Positions 21,654 through 33,152 are shown, counted from the first letter of the stretch. The stretch is 64,000 nt of DNA from Candidatus Altimarinota bacterium (GCA_039809385.1 JBDHUY010000004.1:1-64000); one strand, 5' to 3'. Notes: generated by a model not told the origin, from the sequence alone. Program-made: numbers and translations.

Positions 21654-23708
21654 ATGCTCGATACTCCGCTTTCGGAAAAATTGCTAAAAACCACCTCGGT
21701 CTATATTGCCAAACTGCATAAGCTCGGAATTCATACGGTTTCGGATCTTTTGGGGTATCTGCCGCGCGCGTATGAAAATCGCAGCCAGTATCGTCTGATT
21801 CACGAGATCGATCTGCGCGAAAATAATGTCGTGAAAGCGCGGGTCAACGCAGTCGATCAGATGACCGTGGGAAACCGTAAGAAACTGATTCAGGCCGAAC
21901 TCGAAGATGCGCAAGGTAATGTCATGCAGGCGGTCTGGTTCAACCAGCCGCATATCTTACGTATACTCGTGCCGCAAAAAGAGTATGTTTTCTCGGGACG
22001 GGTCAAGCACGATTTTGGTCGTATGCAGATGCAGTCGCCGTTGTTCGAAGAGGTGAAGAGCGAGCAGATCCATACCGGTCGGATTGTACCAATCTATCCC
22101 GAATTTGAGACCACACAGCGTAATTCGATCGGTTCCGACTGGTTGCGCAATAAGATCTATCTGATTCTTTCCTACGCGCGTTATGAAACCGAATTTCTTC
22201 CGCCGGAAATCGTCGCAGCCGAACGGCTGATTCCTCGTTCCCAGGCCCTGGCCAATATTCATTTTCCGGCATCCGAAGAAGTACTGCGGCAAGCGCAGAT
22301 CCGTCTAGCGTTTGACGAACTTTTTCTACTCGAAATGGCAGCCCTCATGCGCAAAAAACAATATCAAGAACAAGCTGCCAGCCGGGCCCATGCGATTCCT
22401 TTACAGGTTGGTGTGGTCAAGCAATTTCTCGATACGCTTCCGTTTACGCTGACCGATTCGCAGCGAATCGTCACCTATCAGATTCTCAAGGATACGGAAA
22501 AAGTTTTTCCGATGATCCGCTTGCTGGAAGGAGATGTCGGTTCGGGAAAGACCATTGTAGCCACCATTGCCGCTTTTCATACTATCAAGGCCGGGTATCA
22601 AGTGGCCTTCATGGTACCGACCGAAGTGCTGGCTCGTCAGCATTTCGAGAAGATCGCCGCTCAGCTGGCTCCGTTTGACGTCTCGGTAGAACTTTTGACC
22701 GGCTCGACTCCCAAAAAAGAGAAAGATCGCCTTAAAAGCGCTATAAGCGCCGGCACCTGTAGCCTCGTCATCGGTACTCATGCATTACTCGAAGAAAGTG
22801 TGGCTTTTTCCTCGCTGGGGCTGGCCATTATCGACGAACAGCACCGTTTCGGCGTTACCCAGCGAAAACAGCTGGCTTTACACGGCTATCCCCACGTGCT
22901 TCACATGACTGCCACACCTATTCCCCGTACGTTAGCGTTGACGATTTACGGTGATCAGGACCTGAGCATCTTGCATGAAATGCCTCTTGGCCGGCTTCCG
23001 ATTGTAACGAGGGTCGTGAGTCCCGACAAACGTGAACAAGCATACCGCTTCGTCTCCTCGGAATTGACTAAAGGTCATCAGGTGTATGTGATTTGTCCCC
23101 TGATCGAAGAATCGCAGACCCTCGAGTTTAAAACCGTTACTGCCGAAGTAGAACGCTTGCGAACGGTATTTCCCGATTCCGTTATTCAGATGCTGCACGG
23201 CAAAATGAAAGGAATCGAAAAACAGCAGATCATGGAAGAATTTGCCAATAACAAAATTCAGATGCTGGTTTCGACCACCGTCATTGAAGTCGGGATCGAC
23301 GTCAAAAACGCCACTGTTATCATGATCGAAGGCGCCGATCATTTCGGTCTAGCGCAGCTACACCAGCTGCGCGGACGGGTTGGTCGGGATATGCGTCAAT
23401 CGTATTGTTTCCTCTTTGCCAGTGAGAAGGCTACCGATACCAGTGTAAAGCGTTTACGGTATATGGAAAAGACCAATAACGGGTTCGAGCTGGCCGAATA
23501 CGACCTGCATTTGCGCGGGGCGGGGGAGTTGTACGGCGTTCGCCAGAGCGGCTTGCCGGATCTGAAGGCTGCTTCTCTCCTCGATGCCAAGCTGATCGAA
23601 AAGACGCGCAATCATGCCGAACATATCCTGAATCAGGATGCCTCGTTGAACTCTTTTCCGCAACTGAAGCAACGCTTGGTGACATTACCGGAATTTGTGG
23701 TCAGCTAG
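21654..23708 (+). CDS. recG: ATP-dependent DNA helicase RecG
   Basis: RLLEGDVGSGKT, DEQHRFG, MTATPIPRT, QLHQLRGRVGR. Confidence 0.97.
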   Translation: MLDTPLSEKLLKTTSVYIAKLHKLGIHTVSDLLGYLPRAYENRSQYRLIHEIDLRENNVVKARVNAVDQMTVGNRKKLIQAELEDAQGNVMQAVWFNQPHILRILVPQKEYVFSGRVKHDFGRMQMQSPLFEEVKSEQIHTGRIVPIYPEFETTQRNSIGSDWLRNKIYLILSYARYETEFLPPEIVAAERLIPRSQALANIHFPASEEVLRQAQIRLAFDELFLLEMAALMRKKQYQEQAASRAHAIPLQVGVVKQFLDTLPFTLTDSQRIVTYQILKDTEKVFPMIRLLEGDVGSGKTIVATIAAFHTIKAGYQVAFMVPTEVLARQHFEKIAAQLAPFDVSVELLTGSTPKKEKDRLKSAISAGTCSLVIGTHALLEESVAFSSLGLAIIDEQHRFGVTQRKQLALHGYPHVLHMTATPIPRTLALTIYGDQDLSILHEMPLGRLPIVTRVVSPDKREQAYRFVSSELTKGHQVYVICPLIEESQTLEFKTVTAEVERLRTVFPDSVIQMLHGKMKGIEKQQIMEEFANNKIQMLVSTTVIEVGIDVKNATVIMIEGADHFGLAQLHQLRGRVGRDMRQSYCFLFASEKATDTSVKRLRYMEKTNNGFELAEYDLHLRGAGELYGVRQSGLPDLKAASLLDAKLIEKTRNHAEHILNQDASLNSFPQLKQRLVTLPEFVVS

Positions 23709-23792
23709 GATTGTTTTGATGCTGCGACCAAAGCTGCCTTCCAAAAAGCCTCGAAGTCGATCTTTTCGGCTGAAAGCTCAAGAGTCGCTTTT

Positions 23793-24581
23793 TTACTGAA
23801 CCAAGCCAAACTCCCGGAGCGCTTCCTCGTAGTTTTTGCGTCTCGAAGGTAATGTCTTTTCGAACACTTGTGCAAGTGTGCACCAGCTATGGTCGATAAA
23901 TTCGTATTGATCGAGTCGAATGGTCTTATCGAATACTTCTACCAGGAAATAGCGTTGTTCTTGGCCGATATAAAATTTTTTGGCCGGAGAGCGGGCAATG
24001 ACTTCACTGGGCCATAAGTAGCTTAATCGTTTAGCAGAGGTTTTCAAAATTTTTATTGTGTGTGCTCTTGTACCTATTTCTTCCTCAAGTTCCCGCAACA
24101 GTGTTTCTTCTTCTTTTTCGTTCTTTTCCACACCCCCCGCCGGAAATTTCCAGTCAGCTAAGTTCAAGCGGTTCTGGCATAAGAGAAAATCGGTCATGCC
24201 ATATTGTACGATGCCGACCACTCCGCGGCGATATGCGACCACTCCGAATTCCAAGAGTACCCGTTGGTAAATATCCCGATATTCGGGTAATGTATTTACC
24301 AGTACCTCCGCCGGGTGTAACCAGCGGTCGCCTTTCTGTTCGTTCAGTCCGATTGCCGGAACTTCGGCGAGTACGAAATGATCCCTACCGTTCCCGGTTT
24401 CAAAGGTTTGCTCTTTTTTCAGCGTAAAAGCGGGCGAGTAGTTTTTTACCAGCTTGCGGACAAACAAGGAAACATCCGGTGTGTTGGATTTTTCGCTTTC
24501 TGGAAAAATATATGTGCCTCTGTGTTCCCGCAGCAAAAGATGTCCTGCCGAATTTTCGATGATGACGCACACTTTTTCCAT
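23793..24581 (-). CDS. Tandem Nudix protein; C-terminal domain RppH-like
   Basis: GGVEKNEKEEETLLRELEEEIG Nudix box and GQEQRYFL; degenerate N-terminal Nudix-like domain. Confidence 0.8.
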   Translation of the reverse strand: MEKVCVIIENSAGHLLLREHRGTYIFPESEKSNTPDVSLFVRKLVKNYSPAFTLKKEQTFETGNGRDHFVLAEVPAIGLNEQKGDRWLHPAEVLVNTLPEYRDIYQRVLLEFGVVAYRRGVVGIVQYGMTDFLLCQNRLNLADWKFPAGGVEKNEKEEETLLRELEEEIGTRAHTIKILKTSAKRLSYLWPSEVIARSPAKKFYIGQEQRYFLVEVFDKTIRLDQYEFIDHSWCTLAQVFEKTLPSRRKNYEEALREFGLVQ

Positions 24582-24671
24582 GCACAGCAATAAGAGAGAT
24601 CTTTTCCTTTACTCTATCAATTCTCGTTCTGGTTTGAAAGTCTGAAATTCTCAATCAAATAAACTGTTTAG

Positions 24672-26258
24672 CTAGGATTTTCTTCTTATCTTTATAAATA
24701 CGCCTATATAGCCAAGTACCAGCAAAACGATAATTCCCAGGAGTACCCGGGTGGTTGTATCGTTTGATTTGTGCGTTTCAGGAATGGCCGGAGAATTGGC
24801 GACGGCTGGTATGGCTTCGGTTTTTGGAGCGACATAATGATTTCCATGCGGAATGCTGTCGTAGCCGCTCAGAGGCAACGCGACATAGGGAAAATTCGGT
24901 CGGAACGGTTTGTCGTTTTGATCGACCCCATCTCCCAATAAGAGAGCGGTCGGGTCGGGTTTATAATCTTTATCTACAAACATCGCATAGACGGCTCCTC
25001 CGGCGGCCCGTAGAGAAATATCGATCACATCGTCGATCAATCGGCGCCCGTTTGGATAGCCTTGATTATCGCCGCCCGGCACGCCCATCCGGTTGGGATT
25101 TTCGCTCGGAAGAATGGCGGTATTGAGGCGTAGTTCTTCTGCCGGTACGACATTTTTAGGCTGATTAAGTCCCGGGATTCCGGTCATTAATAGAGTAAAA
25201 AGGTCATTCCGCGCGGTTGCGGTGCCATAAGCTCCCTGCGGTGGCATCCTAATACCGTAGAGATCGTGGATGTTTTTCGCAATGCCGGGGTCGGTGATGT
25301 AGTTGAAAAACTGCGCGTCGTCTTTGGGATGGGTCGTATTCCAAAAATCTTTCATCGCTACTGGCACGAAGAAATCGTTTGTCAGCGGTACTCCGACTCG
25401 GGAGACCGACACCCATTCGCCTGACCCGGTTGTTTTGCCGTTTTTGATTACCTGGGTGGCGGGTCGATAACTGGAGGTCCATATGCCGATCACTGCGTCG
25501 ACGTTGCCCGTATCGGTGATTCTGGTTTTAGTCTTGGTAAGTTGTTCGATCGGAATCTGAAGCGCCAACGCGTGGGTATTGAAACCGGCGATACCATCCA
25601 CGCCTCCGCCGGTGTTCCCCGGGGGTTCTCGAATCGTAATGATATCGATCAAACTGCCGATATCGACAAAAAAAGGATCGTCCGCTTGACCGACAAATGT
25701 CTGTATCCCATCTCCCACCGTTTTGATCGCTTCGTTGGATAATTTTTCATAATCGGGCATAGATTTGGGTCCGATATTTACGGGCGGGACGGGGAGATCT
25801 CTCCCTAGTTCCGTGCTCACGCCTTTTTCGATCCGCGTCAGTGTGTAGGTCTGGCGTACATGAAAATCGGGATCGCTGAGCGACTCGACCGGATTCGGGC
25901 TGTAGAGCAACGACGTATCGTTCAGAATTTCGGTCTTGAAGCGATACTGATAGGTAATATCCTCTACCGCATCGCCGTCGTTATCAATATGAATGGCATA
26001 GAGCACGTTATCGCTGAGCAGATTGTTAGAATCGACGGCTCCTTCTTCCAGGGCTATATAGTCGGCAATGATGGTCACGGTATCGGGTTTTTCGGGAGAA
26101 ACAAAGGCGTAGATGTCGGTCGCGTCGGCAGCCGGATCCTGGCTGATAAGGGGAGCGTCCCGATGGCTGGAGGCTGAGACGGAGCTTATAGAGCTAAGAA
26201 GAAATATAAAAAAAGCCAGAATGCCGAGTGACAAACGCTTAGGGAGGATGATATGCAT
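24672..26258 (-). CDS. DUF4331 family exported protein with C-terminal TM anchor
   Basis: Signal peptide, ASSHRDAP, DIYAF, DDPFFVD, GYPNGRR..DDVID, FPY. Confidence 0.88.
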   Translation of the reverse strand: MHIILPKRLSLGILAFFIFLLSSISSVSASSHRDAPLISQDPAADATDIYAFVSPEKPDTVTIIADYIALEEGAVDSNNLLSDNVLYAIHIDNDGDAVEDITYQYRFKTEILNDTSLLYSPNPVESLSDPDFHVRQTYTLTRIEKGVSTELGRDLPVPPVNIGPKSMPDYEKLSNEAIKTVGDGIQTFVGQADDPFFVDIGSLIDIITIREPPGNTGGGVDGIAGFNTHALALQIPIEQLTKTKTRITDTGNVDAVIGIWTSSYRPATQVIKNGKTTGSGEWVSVSRVGVPLTNDFFVPVAMKDFWNTTHPKDDAQFFNYITDPGIAKNIHDLYGIRMPPQGAYGTATARNDLFTLLMTGIPGLNQPKNVVPAEELRLNTAILPSENPNRMGVPGGDNQGYPNGRRLIDDVIDISLRAAGGAVYAMFVDKDYKPDPTALLLGDGVDQNDKPFRPNFPYVALPLSGYDSIPHGNHYVAPKTEAIPAVANSPAIPETHKSNDTTTRVLLGIIVLLVLGYIGVFIKIRRKS

Positions 26259-26365
26259 TGCTGATTACCTATAAAAGAGATATGCCGCTATTGTAGCATA
26301 CTTCCTGTTAGAAATGTAAATAATGGTATACATATTGTGTGGGAGGCCAGTGGTATGAATGTGAG

Positions 26366-27181
26366 TCAAGCAGATAGGATGTTCCGTTTGCGTTTCACGT
26401 ATATTTGATGCATATGCCACGCCAGATATGCGAGAATTGTTCCATAGAGTAGCGGGTAGAAAAACGTTGGCACACTCAATCCATTCGGTTCCACCCGCAT
26501 TGTGTCGTTCCATATTCGAAATAGCGTAAACCCTGTCATAAAAACAATTAAGGCGGTGCCCTCTGTTTTTTTTCGGGAAAGTAGCGAAAACGTAATAATT
26601 GTCAGTATAAGCGCTGCTGCCATTTCGTATAATTGGGTAGGATGAACCGGGCGCACTTCGAAAAAATTGCCATAAATACCCATCTGATATATATGCGCCG
26701 GACTTAGCAGAGGAAAAGTTACTCCCCAGGGAAGACCGGTCCCCTGGCCAAAACAACACCCGTGCAAAAAACACCCGATGCGGTATATGGCAATCCCAAT
26801 ACCGACAAATGGAATCAGTGTATCGGCCAATATATACGGATTCAGTTTGAGAGCTTTTGATAGAATATAGCCCGTGACAACGCTCGACAAGATGCCCCCG
26901 TAGAGAGAGAACCCCTCTGCCTCAAACGCAAAGATCTTTTCCGGAACAGCCATATATTCCGGCCAGTGCGTCAGTACATTCAGCAGTCGCGCTCCGACCA
27001 AAGCCGAAAGTAACAGACAGCTCATGATCAGCAATATCGGCTTAAACGTATACCCTCGTTTAACGGCCCAGAAGATACTGCCGGTAAAAACGATTAAAAC
27101 CGAGAGGAATACAAACAACCTATAAGGACCAAATTCGATCGTGTATCCCCAAAATTCCCAGGTAACGGTAAAAGGATACAT
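26366..27181 (-). CDS. lgt: Prolipoprotein diacylglyceryl transferase
   Basis: GARL, GFSLYGG, RIGCFLHGCCFG, HPTQLYE. Confidence 0.9.
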   Translation of the reverse strand: MYPFTVTWEFWGYTIEFGPYRLFVFLSVLIVFTGSIFWAVKRGYTFKPILLIMSCLLLSALVGARLLNVLTHWPEYMAVPEKIFAFEAEGFSLYGGILSSVVTGYILSKALKLNPYILADTLIPFVGIGIAIYRIGCFLHGCCFGQGTGLPWGVTFPLLSPAHIYQMGIYGNFFEVRPVHPTQLYEMAAALILTIITFSLLSRKKTEGTALIVFMTGFTLFRIWNDTMRVEPNGLSVPTFFYPLLYGTILAYLAWHMHQIYVKRKRNILSA

Positions 27182-27191
27182 ATAATACTGG

Positions 27192-29774
27192 TTAATGCTG
27201 TTCGGTTTCCGGTGCGGGCGGAGGAGGAGGGGCAGCCTTGCTGGCCGTTACGCTGGCAATAATCTTTAGTTGGCCTTTGTAATCAATGACCAGCGTGCCT
27301 GCGGCGTTAAAGACCAGATCGGTTCTGGTCACGTTCATGGTAATAGAACCGCTGGCGCCTTTGTCGGCCGCCGGGCTGGCTTTTATAAGGCCGTCCGAAT
27401 ACGTAAACGGTACTGATTGTCCTCCTTCGCTCCCTATTTTCAGCGTCATACTCCCGCCTGCTTCCCCCGAGGGCGAGAGAGTCATGGACATGGGCTGGCT
27501 TTTACCCTTTTGGGCTTCAATGTCGGCAATATTACAGCCTTCTTTTTCGGCCTGCGCCCGGAACTCTTCAGAAACAATGACATCGGTAATGACCATTGTT
27601 CCTTTATCCCATGTCCCCGCGATCTCTTGAAGGGTAGGTGCTGTCAGTGCGTCCACATATTCCTTGATCGCCGTTTTGATCAGCCGGTTCATCTGCGCCG
27701 CTACCAGGTTGTCGATGTACTCCTTGTATCCTTCTCCCAATCTGGCGATCATAGCATCTTTAAAACCCTTTAAACTGTCTTCAAAAGCCGTGCTTACCCA
27801 TTTACTGTAACTCTTTCCGGGAACTGTTTTGAGGTTTGCCAAAATCGTTTTCAGGCCATCTTTGACCAGCGCTCCAAACCGTTCGTTCATTTCTGCGCTG
27901 ATCGCTTTTAATTCGGCTGCGATGGCTGCTTTTCCTTCCATTTCCAATGAATTGCTAATCAGACTTAGTACCTGATTCGGGGTCAGTTTTGCGTTTTTCA
28001 GAATCTCGGCAGTCATGGCTTTAAGTTGACCTTGTTCGAGCTTGTTTCCCATGACCTTTAAGAAGTTAAAGGCTTTTTCGGCAGACCATTTTGCCAATTC
28101 TTTTCCACCCGACAGCGCTTGGGATCCTTTTACTATCACTTTTGAGCCGCCGATAAGAGAGAGGCCCACGTCCAGCATACCTTCCACAAATTCGCCCGTC
28201 GTAGCTTGTTTATCGGCCAATTTGTAGATGCCCTTGCCGAACCCGGTAAACATTCCGACGGTGGTTTTGGTAATCCCGCCCACGGCCCAACTGGTCCAGC
28301 CTTTTCCTGCGACATACTCCACTCCGGCCTCGGCGGCGCCTCCGGCTGCTTCTTCAGCGCCTTTGAGCATCTTGCCGGCATCTTTGAGTACCTGCGACCC
28401 CGAGGTGCCTTTACCGTAATTATCTCCGACTTTTTTGAAATTTCCCGCGATTTCGGTCGTGACTTCTGTGACAGAATTCCCGTTGGCCAGTCCGAACCCG
28501 GCGTCAAAAATAGATTTTGTGCCTGCGCTGAGTGTATCCAGAGTAACTCCGACTCCGGTCTGAGCTTTGCTGAATCCGCTCTTGATCCCCGACCAGGTAA
28601 AAGATGCGCCGGCTTTCAGAGCTCCGCCAATTTTTGACCAAGTGGAAGGCAATTGCTGATCTTGTGCCGGTTTGGTCAGAACACTATACGCCCCAAGTAA
28701 TTTTTGTGATTCGGCGGGAGCGTAGCCTGCCATAGTCTGGTCGATTCCCCACAAAGCTGTTTTCGATGTTTGATCGGCCGGAAAAAATGTGCTGGTATCG
28801 ACGCTATCCATGTTTTTTTGCAAATCATCCATAAATGTTTCGATCACACTGCCGTACTCGTTGATTGCTTCCACATTTTCGGTATTCAGTATATCGTTGG
28901 CCGTTATTTTTGCCATTTCGGCTTTTATTTCCGGCATCCCCTGGTTTATAAATTCCAGGGAGGCCTGCGTCATGTAGTAATCGGCCGTTTCGAGCTGTTT
29001 CAAAGCGATAGCCAGATACAGCTGGTTACCTACGACCTGATCGATCAACACGTTCATCTGGTCAATCTTTTCCAATTGTGCTTGAAACTGCGGTAATTGA
29101 TCTTTGATGTCCGGATCGGTTGTATTGGTAAATACATTATAGAGAGCCGAAGAGCCGGATACCACGTAGGTGACATCCCTGATCACGGTCTCACCCAGCT
29201 GCATGGCGAGCTGGCTTCTCTGATACTGCAGCATGGTTCTGGTAAGCAGGTGATTCACCTGTTCGGGATGTATGCTTTCGTAATTGGCTATCAGAGCTTC
29301 TTCGGTGATAAGATACTCCAGAATTTGTCCCGAACTTTCGGCCGCATATTTTTGTACCCTTTTCTCTTTCTCCTGGGTTATTGCGACAAAATCGATATAG
29401 GCGCTTTTATACGGTTCGAGTTTTGATTTCAGCTCTTTGGCTGCTTGTACCAAGTCATCGGTGAGTTTCACTGCTTCGTCGATTTTTTTCTGCTTCAGCG
29501 TTTCGTACTGGATCAGTCCGGGCAATTCGCTGGGTTGGTTGCCCAGATAGTAGGGAGAAGCAGCTGCCAGTGTGTCAAATGTGTCATTTTCAGTATACCG
29601 GGCGATCCCTGTTTCTACGGTCGGGGTAGGCTGCTCGAACGAGAACGGTTTTTCAGGCGGTTTTATTTCCGGGGCGGATGTCGTCCCCGGGCTGCCTGAT
29701 TGGGGCGATAGGTTGCATGCCCCGAGTGATGTAATCAAAACAAAAATAACTATTTGCACCAGAGCTTTTTTCAT
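27192..29774 (-). CDS. Large lipoprotein of unknown function
   Basis: MKK...LGAC lipobox; helical N-terminal half, Gly-rich middle, beta-rich C-terminus. Confidence 0.8.
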   Translation of the reverse strand: MKKALVQIVIFVLITSLGACNLSPQSGSPGTTSAPEIKPPEKPFSFEQPTPTVETGIARYTENDTFDTLAAASPYYLGNQPSELPGLIQYETLKQKKIDEAVKLTDDLVQAAKELKSKLEPYKSAYIDFVAITQEKEKRVQKYAAESSGQILEYLITEEALIANYESIHPEQVNHLLTRTMLQYQRSQLAMQLGETVIRDVTYVVSGSSALYNVFTNTTDPDIKDQLPQFQAQLEKIDQMNVLIDQVVGNQLYLAIALKQLETADYYMTQASLEFINQGMPEIKAEMAKITANDILNTENVEAINEYGSVIETFMDDLQKNMDSVDTSTFFPADQTSKTALWGIDQTMAGYAPAESQKLLGAYSVLTKPAQDQQLPSTWSKIGGALKAGASFTWSGIKSGFSKAQTGVGVTLDTLSAGTKSIFDAGFGLANGNSVTEVTTEIAGNFKKVGDNYGKGTSGSQVLKDAGKMLKGAEEAAGGAAEAGVEYVAGKGWTSWAVGGITKTTVGMFTGFGKGIYKLADKQATTGEFVEGMLDVGLSLIGGSKVIVKGSQALSGGKELAKWSAEKAFNFLKVMGNKLEQGQLKAMTAEILKNAKLTPNQVLSLISNSLEMEGKAAIAAELKAISAEMNERFGALVKDGLKTILANLKTVPGKSYSKWVSTAFEDSLKGFKDAMIARLGEGYKEYIDNLVAAQMNRLIKTAIKEYVDALTAPTLQEIAGTWDKGTMVITDVIVSEEFRAQAEKEGCNIADIEAQKGKSQPMSMTLSPSGEAGGSMTLKIGSEGGQSVPFTYSDGLIKASPAADKGASGSITMNVTRTDLVFNAAGTLVIDYKGQLKIIASVTASKAAPPPPPAPETEQH

Positions 29775-30164
29775 AAAAAAGTGGTTAAGAAATAGCATTT
29801 TTGTACCCCCATTCCATGTGGGTATATGTCTAAACTAATACTATACCCGGTTTACGTAAAAAATCAACCGCTTTTTGGCTAACTAATACTGTTTTAGTAA
29901 TATATCAGGGATTTATGTTCGGAAGTTTCGATATGTAGAAAAGTTCGGCCTGTATACAGGAAAGATATTTCTTTTTTCTCTGTATCCTTCCGCAGAGTTG
30001 TGCATGTAATGATATGTGCTCTTCTTTCTTTACATTCACATATGTACTTGCCCGGTTCTACGCGCATCAATGGATGAATAGTCCGCAAAATCAAATACAA
30101 ATAATCCCGTATATCCTAGTTTTTCCCAGGGATAGCCTTAATGGCCGATTGTCTTACGTAGTAC

Positions 30165-30794
30165 TTACAGAGCTTGCTCTACTGCGGCGGCCACGTTCAG
30201 AAAATCGTTTACGTCCAGCATGGCGCTGAATCCCAGCGAGACCATCCGCGGTAGCGTTCCGATCACCAGCGTCGAACCTTCTTCTGCCGGTACAATTTTG
30301 ACCAAGAGCGGAATTGTAATGTCGACCCCGCCGACATTGGCGCTGGTACGAGCCAGTTTTGTAATCTGTTTGATCAAATCTTTGTTGCTGTTCAGTTTCT
30401 CAATCGCTTCGGGAGCTCCCTCGAACTTGGCGCTGCTTAAAAACTTGGGAGGCAGCAGCGTGAGATCGGTCGATACTTTTTTGTTTAAACGAGCAGTATA
30501 GACAAGTTGTCCGGCATGAGCTCCGATACCCTGGCGGTTTACATGTACGCGTAAAGAGGCTTCCCGGGTACCCGGCAGGCGAAAGAGCAAAGAAAAGAGC
30601 AGGACTTCTTCGCGGCCAAAGAATAACAGACTCGCGCCTTCGGCCAGGACGCTCTTGAGCGATGTTTTAGTGGCGTTGCCGTCCTCGATTTCGTAGGGAA
30701 TGGGTGAACCCATGCCAAGCTCTTTTCTGAGCATTTCTTCGACATTAGCGGCGATCTCTTCGGTCTTTTGGTGCCCGTAGGCCAAGTTTCCCAT
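30165..30794 (-). CDS. Hypothetical protein
   Basis: 209-aa ATG ORF with protein-like composition. Confidence 0.7.
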   Translation of the reverse strand: MGNLAYGHQKTEEIAANVEEMLRKELGMGSPIPYEIEDGNATKTSLKSVLAEGASLLFFGREEVLLFSLLFRLPGTREASLRVHVNRQGIGAHAGQLVYTARLNKKVSTDLTLLPPKFLSSAKFEGAPEAIEKLNSNKDLIKQITKLARTSANVGGVDITIPLLVKIVPAEEGSTLVIGTLPRMVSLGFSAMLDVNDFLNVAAAVEQAL

Positions 30795-30871
30795 AGAAAA
30801 ATAGTGACGGAATAAAAAGGACTAATGACACTGTATGCTTGTTGGCATAGCGCGTCAATTATTCCCGACAA

Positions 30872-31375
30872 CTATGATTTTCTTTTTCTCAAACTGAAAA
30901 TAATCGCCCCTACGATTAGCGTTTCTGATGTAATACCGCCCCACGACCCTATACAGAGGTCGTAGACGATCCAAGCCAGACTGGCAATTACGGCAAATTT
31001 TCGGATTTTGTCGGGATGGTCTTGCCATTTCGCCATGATAATCGAGACGATTCCGCACAAGGCAAAAAGGCTGTGCCATCCTTCCCACGTTAGGAGCGTT
31101 GCTGTGAAGAGAAGTATAACGGTAGCAAATACGAAGAACATGGAACGAATCCAGGCTTGTCGCTCTTTGAACAGTAACAGCACTGACAGTATAATATTCA
31201 GTCCGATCAAGAACGTGCCCGTCCACGCGCCCAGCAGCCAAAAATGGATCATCCACATCAGCAAGCTGAGCGTATTGATCATCAAAATTCCCTGGCGGGT
31301 CTTGGCATGGAAAGAGAGTCCAAAGAAGATAACGGCCACCAGAGCTAGAGACTGAACGAATAGGGAAGCGATCAT
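30872..31375 (-). CDS. YgjV-like inner membrane protein
   Basis: IHFWLLGAWTG and WIVYD...GSWGG motifs; start at 31375 inferred. Confidence 0.75.
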   Translation of the reverse strand: MIASLFVQSLALVAVIFFGLSFHAKTRQGILMINTLSLLMWMIHFWLLGAWTGTFLIGLNIILSVLLLFKERQAWIRSMFFVFATVILLFTATLLTWEGWHSLFALCGIVSIIMAKWQDHPDKIRKFAVIASLAWIVYDLCIGSWGGITSETLIVGAIIFSLRKRKS

Positions 31376-31659
31376 ACCAGTTTTATATATTTTTAGGAGA
31401 GTTCGCTGGATTGTTTTCTGTATGGCACTAGTTGTCGAATTGTTGATAGCAAGTACGGGTGTCTGTTGGACTTTTGAGCTGCATTCTTCTTCAACTTGTT
31501 CTGACAATATTAGTACACAGTCTGTATAAAGCAACCTAGTTTCCTTGAAAACTTTCTGTTTCGTTATAACGTTCACAATGTGACGATACATATTGAAAAT
31601 ATGATTATAAAGTTTACACTGTTTCCTTAAAAATATTTTTACTCTCACGCATATTTTCT

Positions 31660-33026
31660 ATGTCGCAGTGCAAAAACTTGGATGAGGTTTTATATTCGGC
31701 CGACGCCAGCAAGTACCTAGCAATACTTCAAGAAAAAGGTTCATTTACAGGGATCGATATCGAAACCATTGTGCATAATCGGGCGTTGTTCGAGTCTGCG
31801 GTTCGCCGATTGTTAAGCATGGCAAACAATTTTGGCAAAGAAATGATCCAACGACAGGCTGCACAGGTACGTTCCCTGGCTCGATCCGAAGTGATGAGAG
31901 CGCCGGATGCACGTATGGTAATACGTGAAGCCTTGAATCTTCGTGGGATGATCGTGGACCGTATGGAGCAGCTGTCCGAGGGGCGAAATAAAATGCCGAA
32001 TCTCAAGCGTTGTACTGTGCTTGATATAGCAATCGGTGCGCTCAATGCTTACTGTCCCGAAGAAAACTTCTTTTTCCCGTATCTCGATACCAAAAGTATC
32101 AACTTTCACGGGATAATTAAATCTCCAATTAACAGTAAAAACAACGGAATCTTGTTTCATCACCTCTGGCTTGAGGAAAAAGACTTATCGAGACCTGGAT
32201 TCCTCCCAGTATGTATGAAGATTACATAAAATTACTGCAGTATGTCAGCACGGCTTTTTTACATCAACCGGAAGCCTATTATTCGGAAGCTGTCGAGCTG
32301 GTGGCGGGCTTGCATTATTATTTTCAGGCATTCCAAAAAGGTATTTTCTCGGGCAACCGGGAGTAAGATTTTCATCTTTCGCTTAATGAAGGTCTTTTAC
32401 AATGTAGCGTACCGGAAACTTCTCTGAATTTTGAACTACCTTTTCGCTCATCCTCGCAAGTGTTTCTGCCCGACTGCGGACTGGCGGAGCAAGAACATAT
32501 GCCATTTATGAAAGTTGCCGCTGCCGGAGGGGCCGAGTTTGTTTTGACCAGTCCGAATCGGTTTACCGCGCGTCTTTTGCAAGTACTAGCAGATCTTCAT
32601 GCTATACCAAATTTTGCGGTCCATCCTTCCTTCCATCAGGAACAACCGCAACTTCCCTTGACATCCCCAATCGATATTGCGATCTTTTCCAAACTTTACC
32701 AGACACACGAAACCGTATGTGCCGATACCGTACAGCGTCTTGCTCGTGGCATGTCTTCTGGGGCACACATCCTCTTGCAAGCTCCCGGCAAGGGTGATAT
32801 TTCCGTTAGTGAAACAAGCATCGATACTCTGTTGCGATTCTTTCGTCAGAGCGGATTCGAACTCGTACGTGCACATGAGATGCGCAGACAAAAGAAGCCG
32901 TTTTCTCCTCCCGAGCTCTCGCGCCGTTTCTCGATCCCGGTCGAGGAGTATCTGGCCTTTGCCCGCGGCGACTCTTATGCACAACAAGAGAAGAAAATGG
33001 TCGTTGCATTACTCAAGAGGCAGTAA
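31660..33026 (+). pseudogene. Probable single disrupted gene with C-terminal methyltransferase-like part
   Basis: ORF 31660 joins the 32460 frame by a -1 shift at GAAAAAG (about 32176-32182); one in-frame TAA at 32364-32366. Confidence 0.4.
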
Positions 33027-33152
33027 ACTGTCTTCACTTTTGTATAGGGGAACCTCTTAACTTAAAACGTTTTTTACACTGATTGGAAGAAAAGAATTTG
33101 AAAATCACAACGATTTTCCTCCCTTCTCCTAACTCCGATCTCCCAACTTTTT

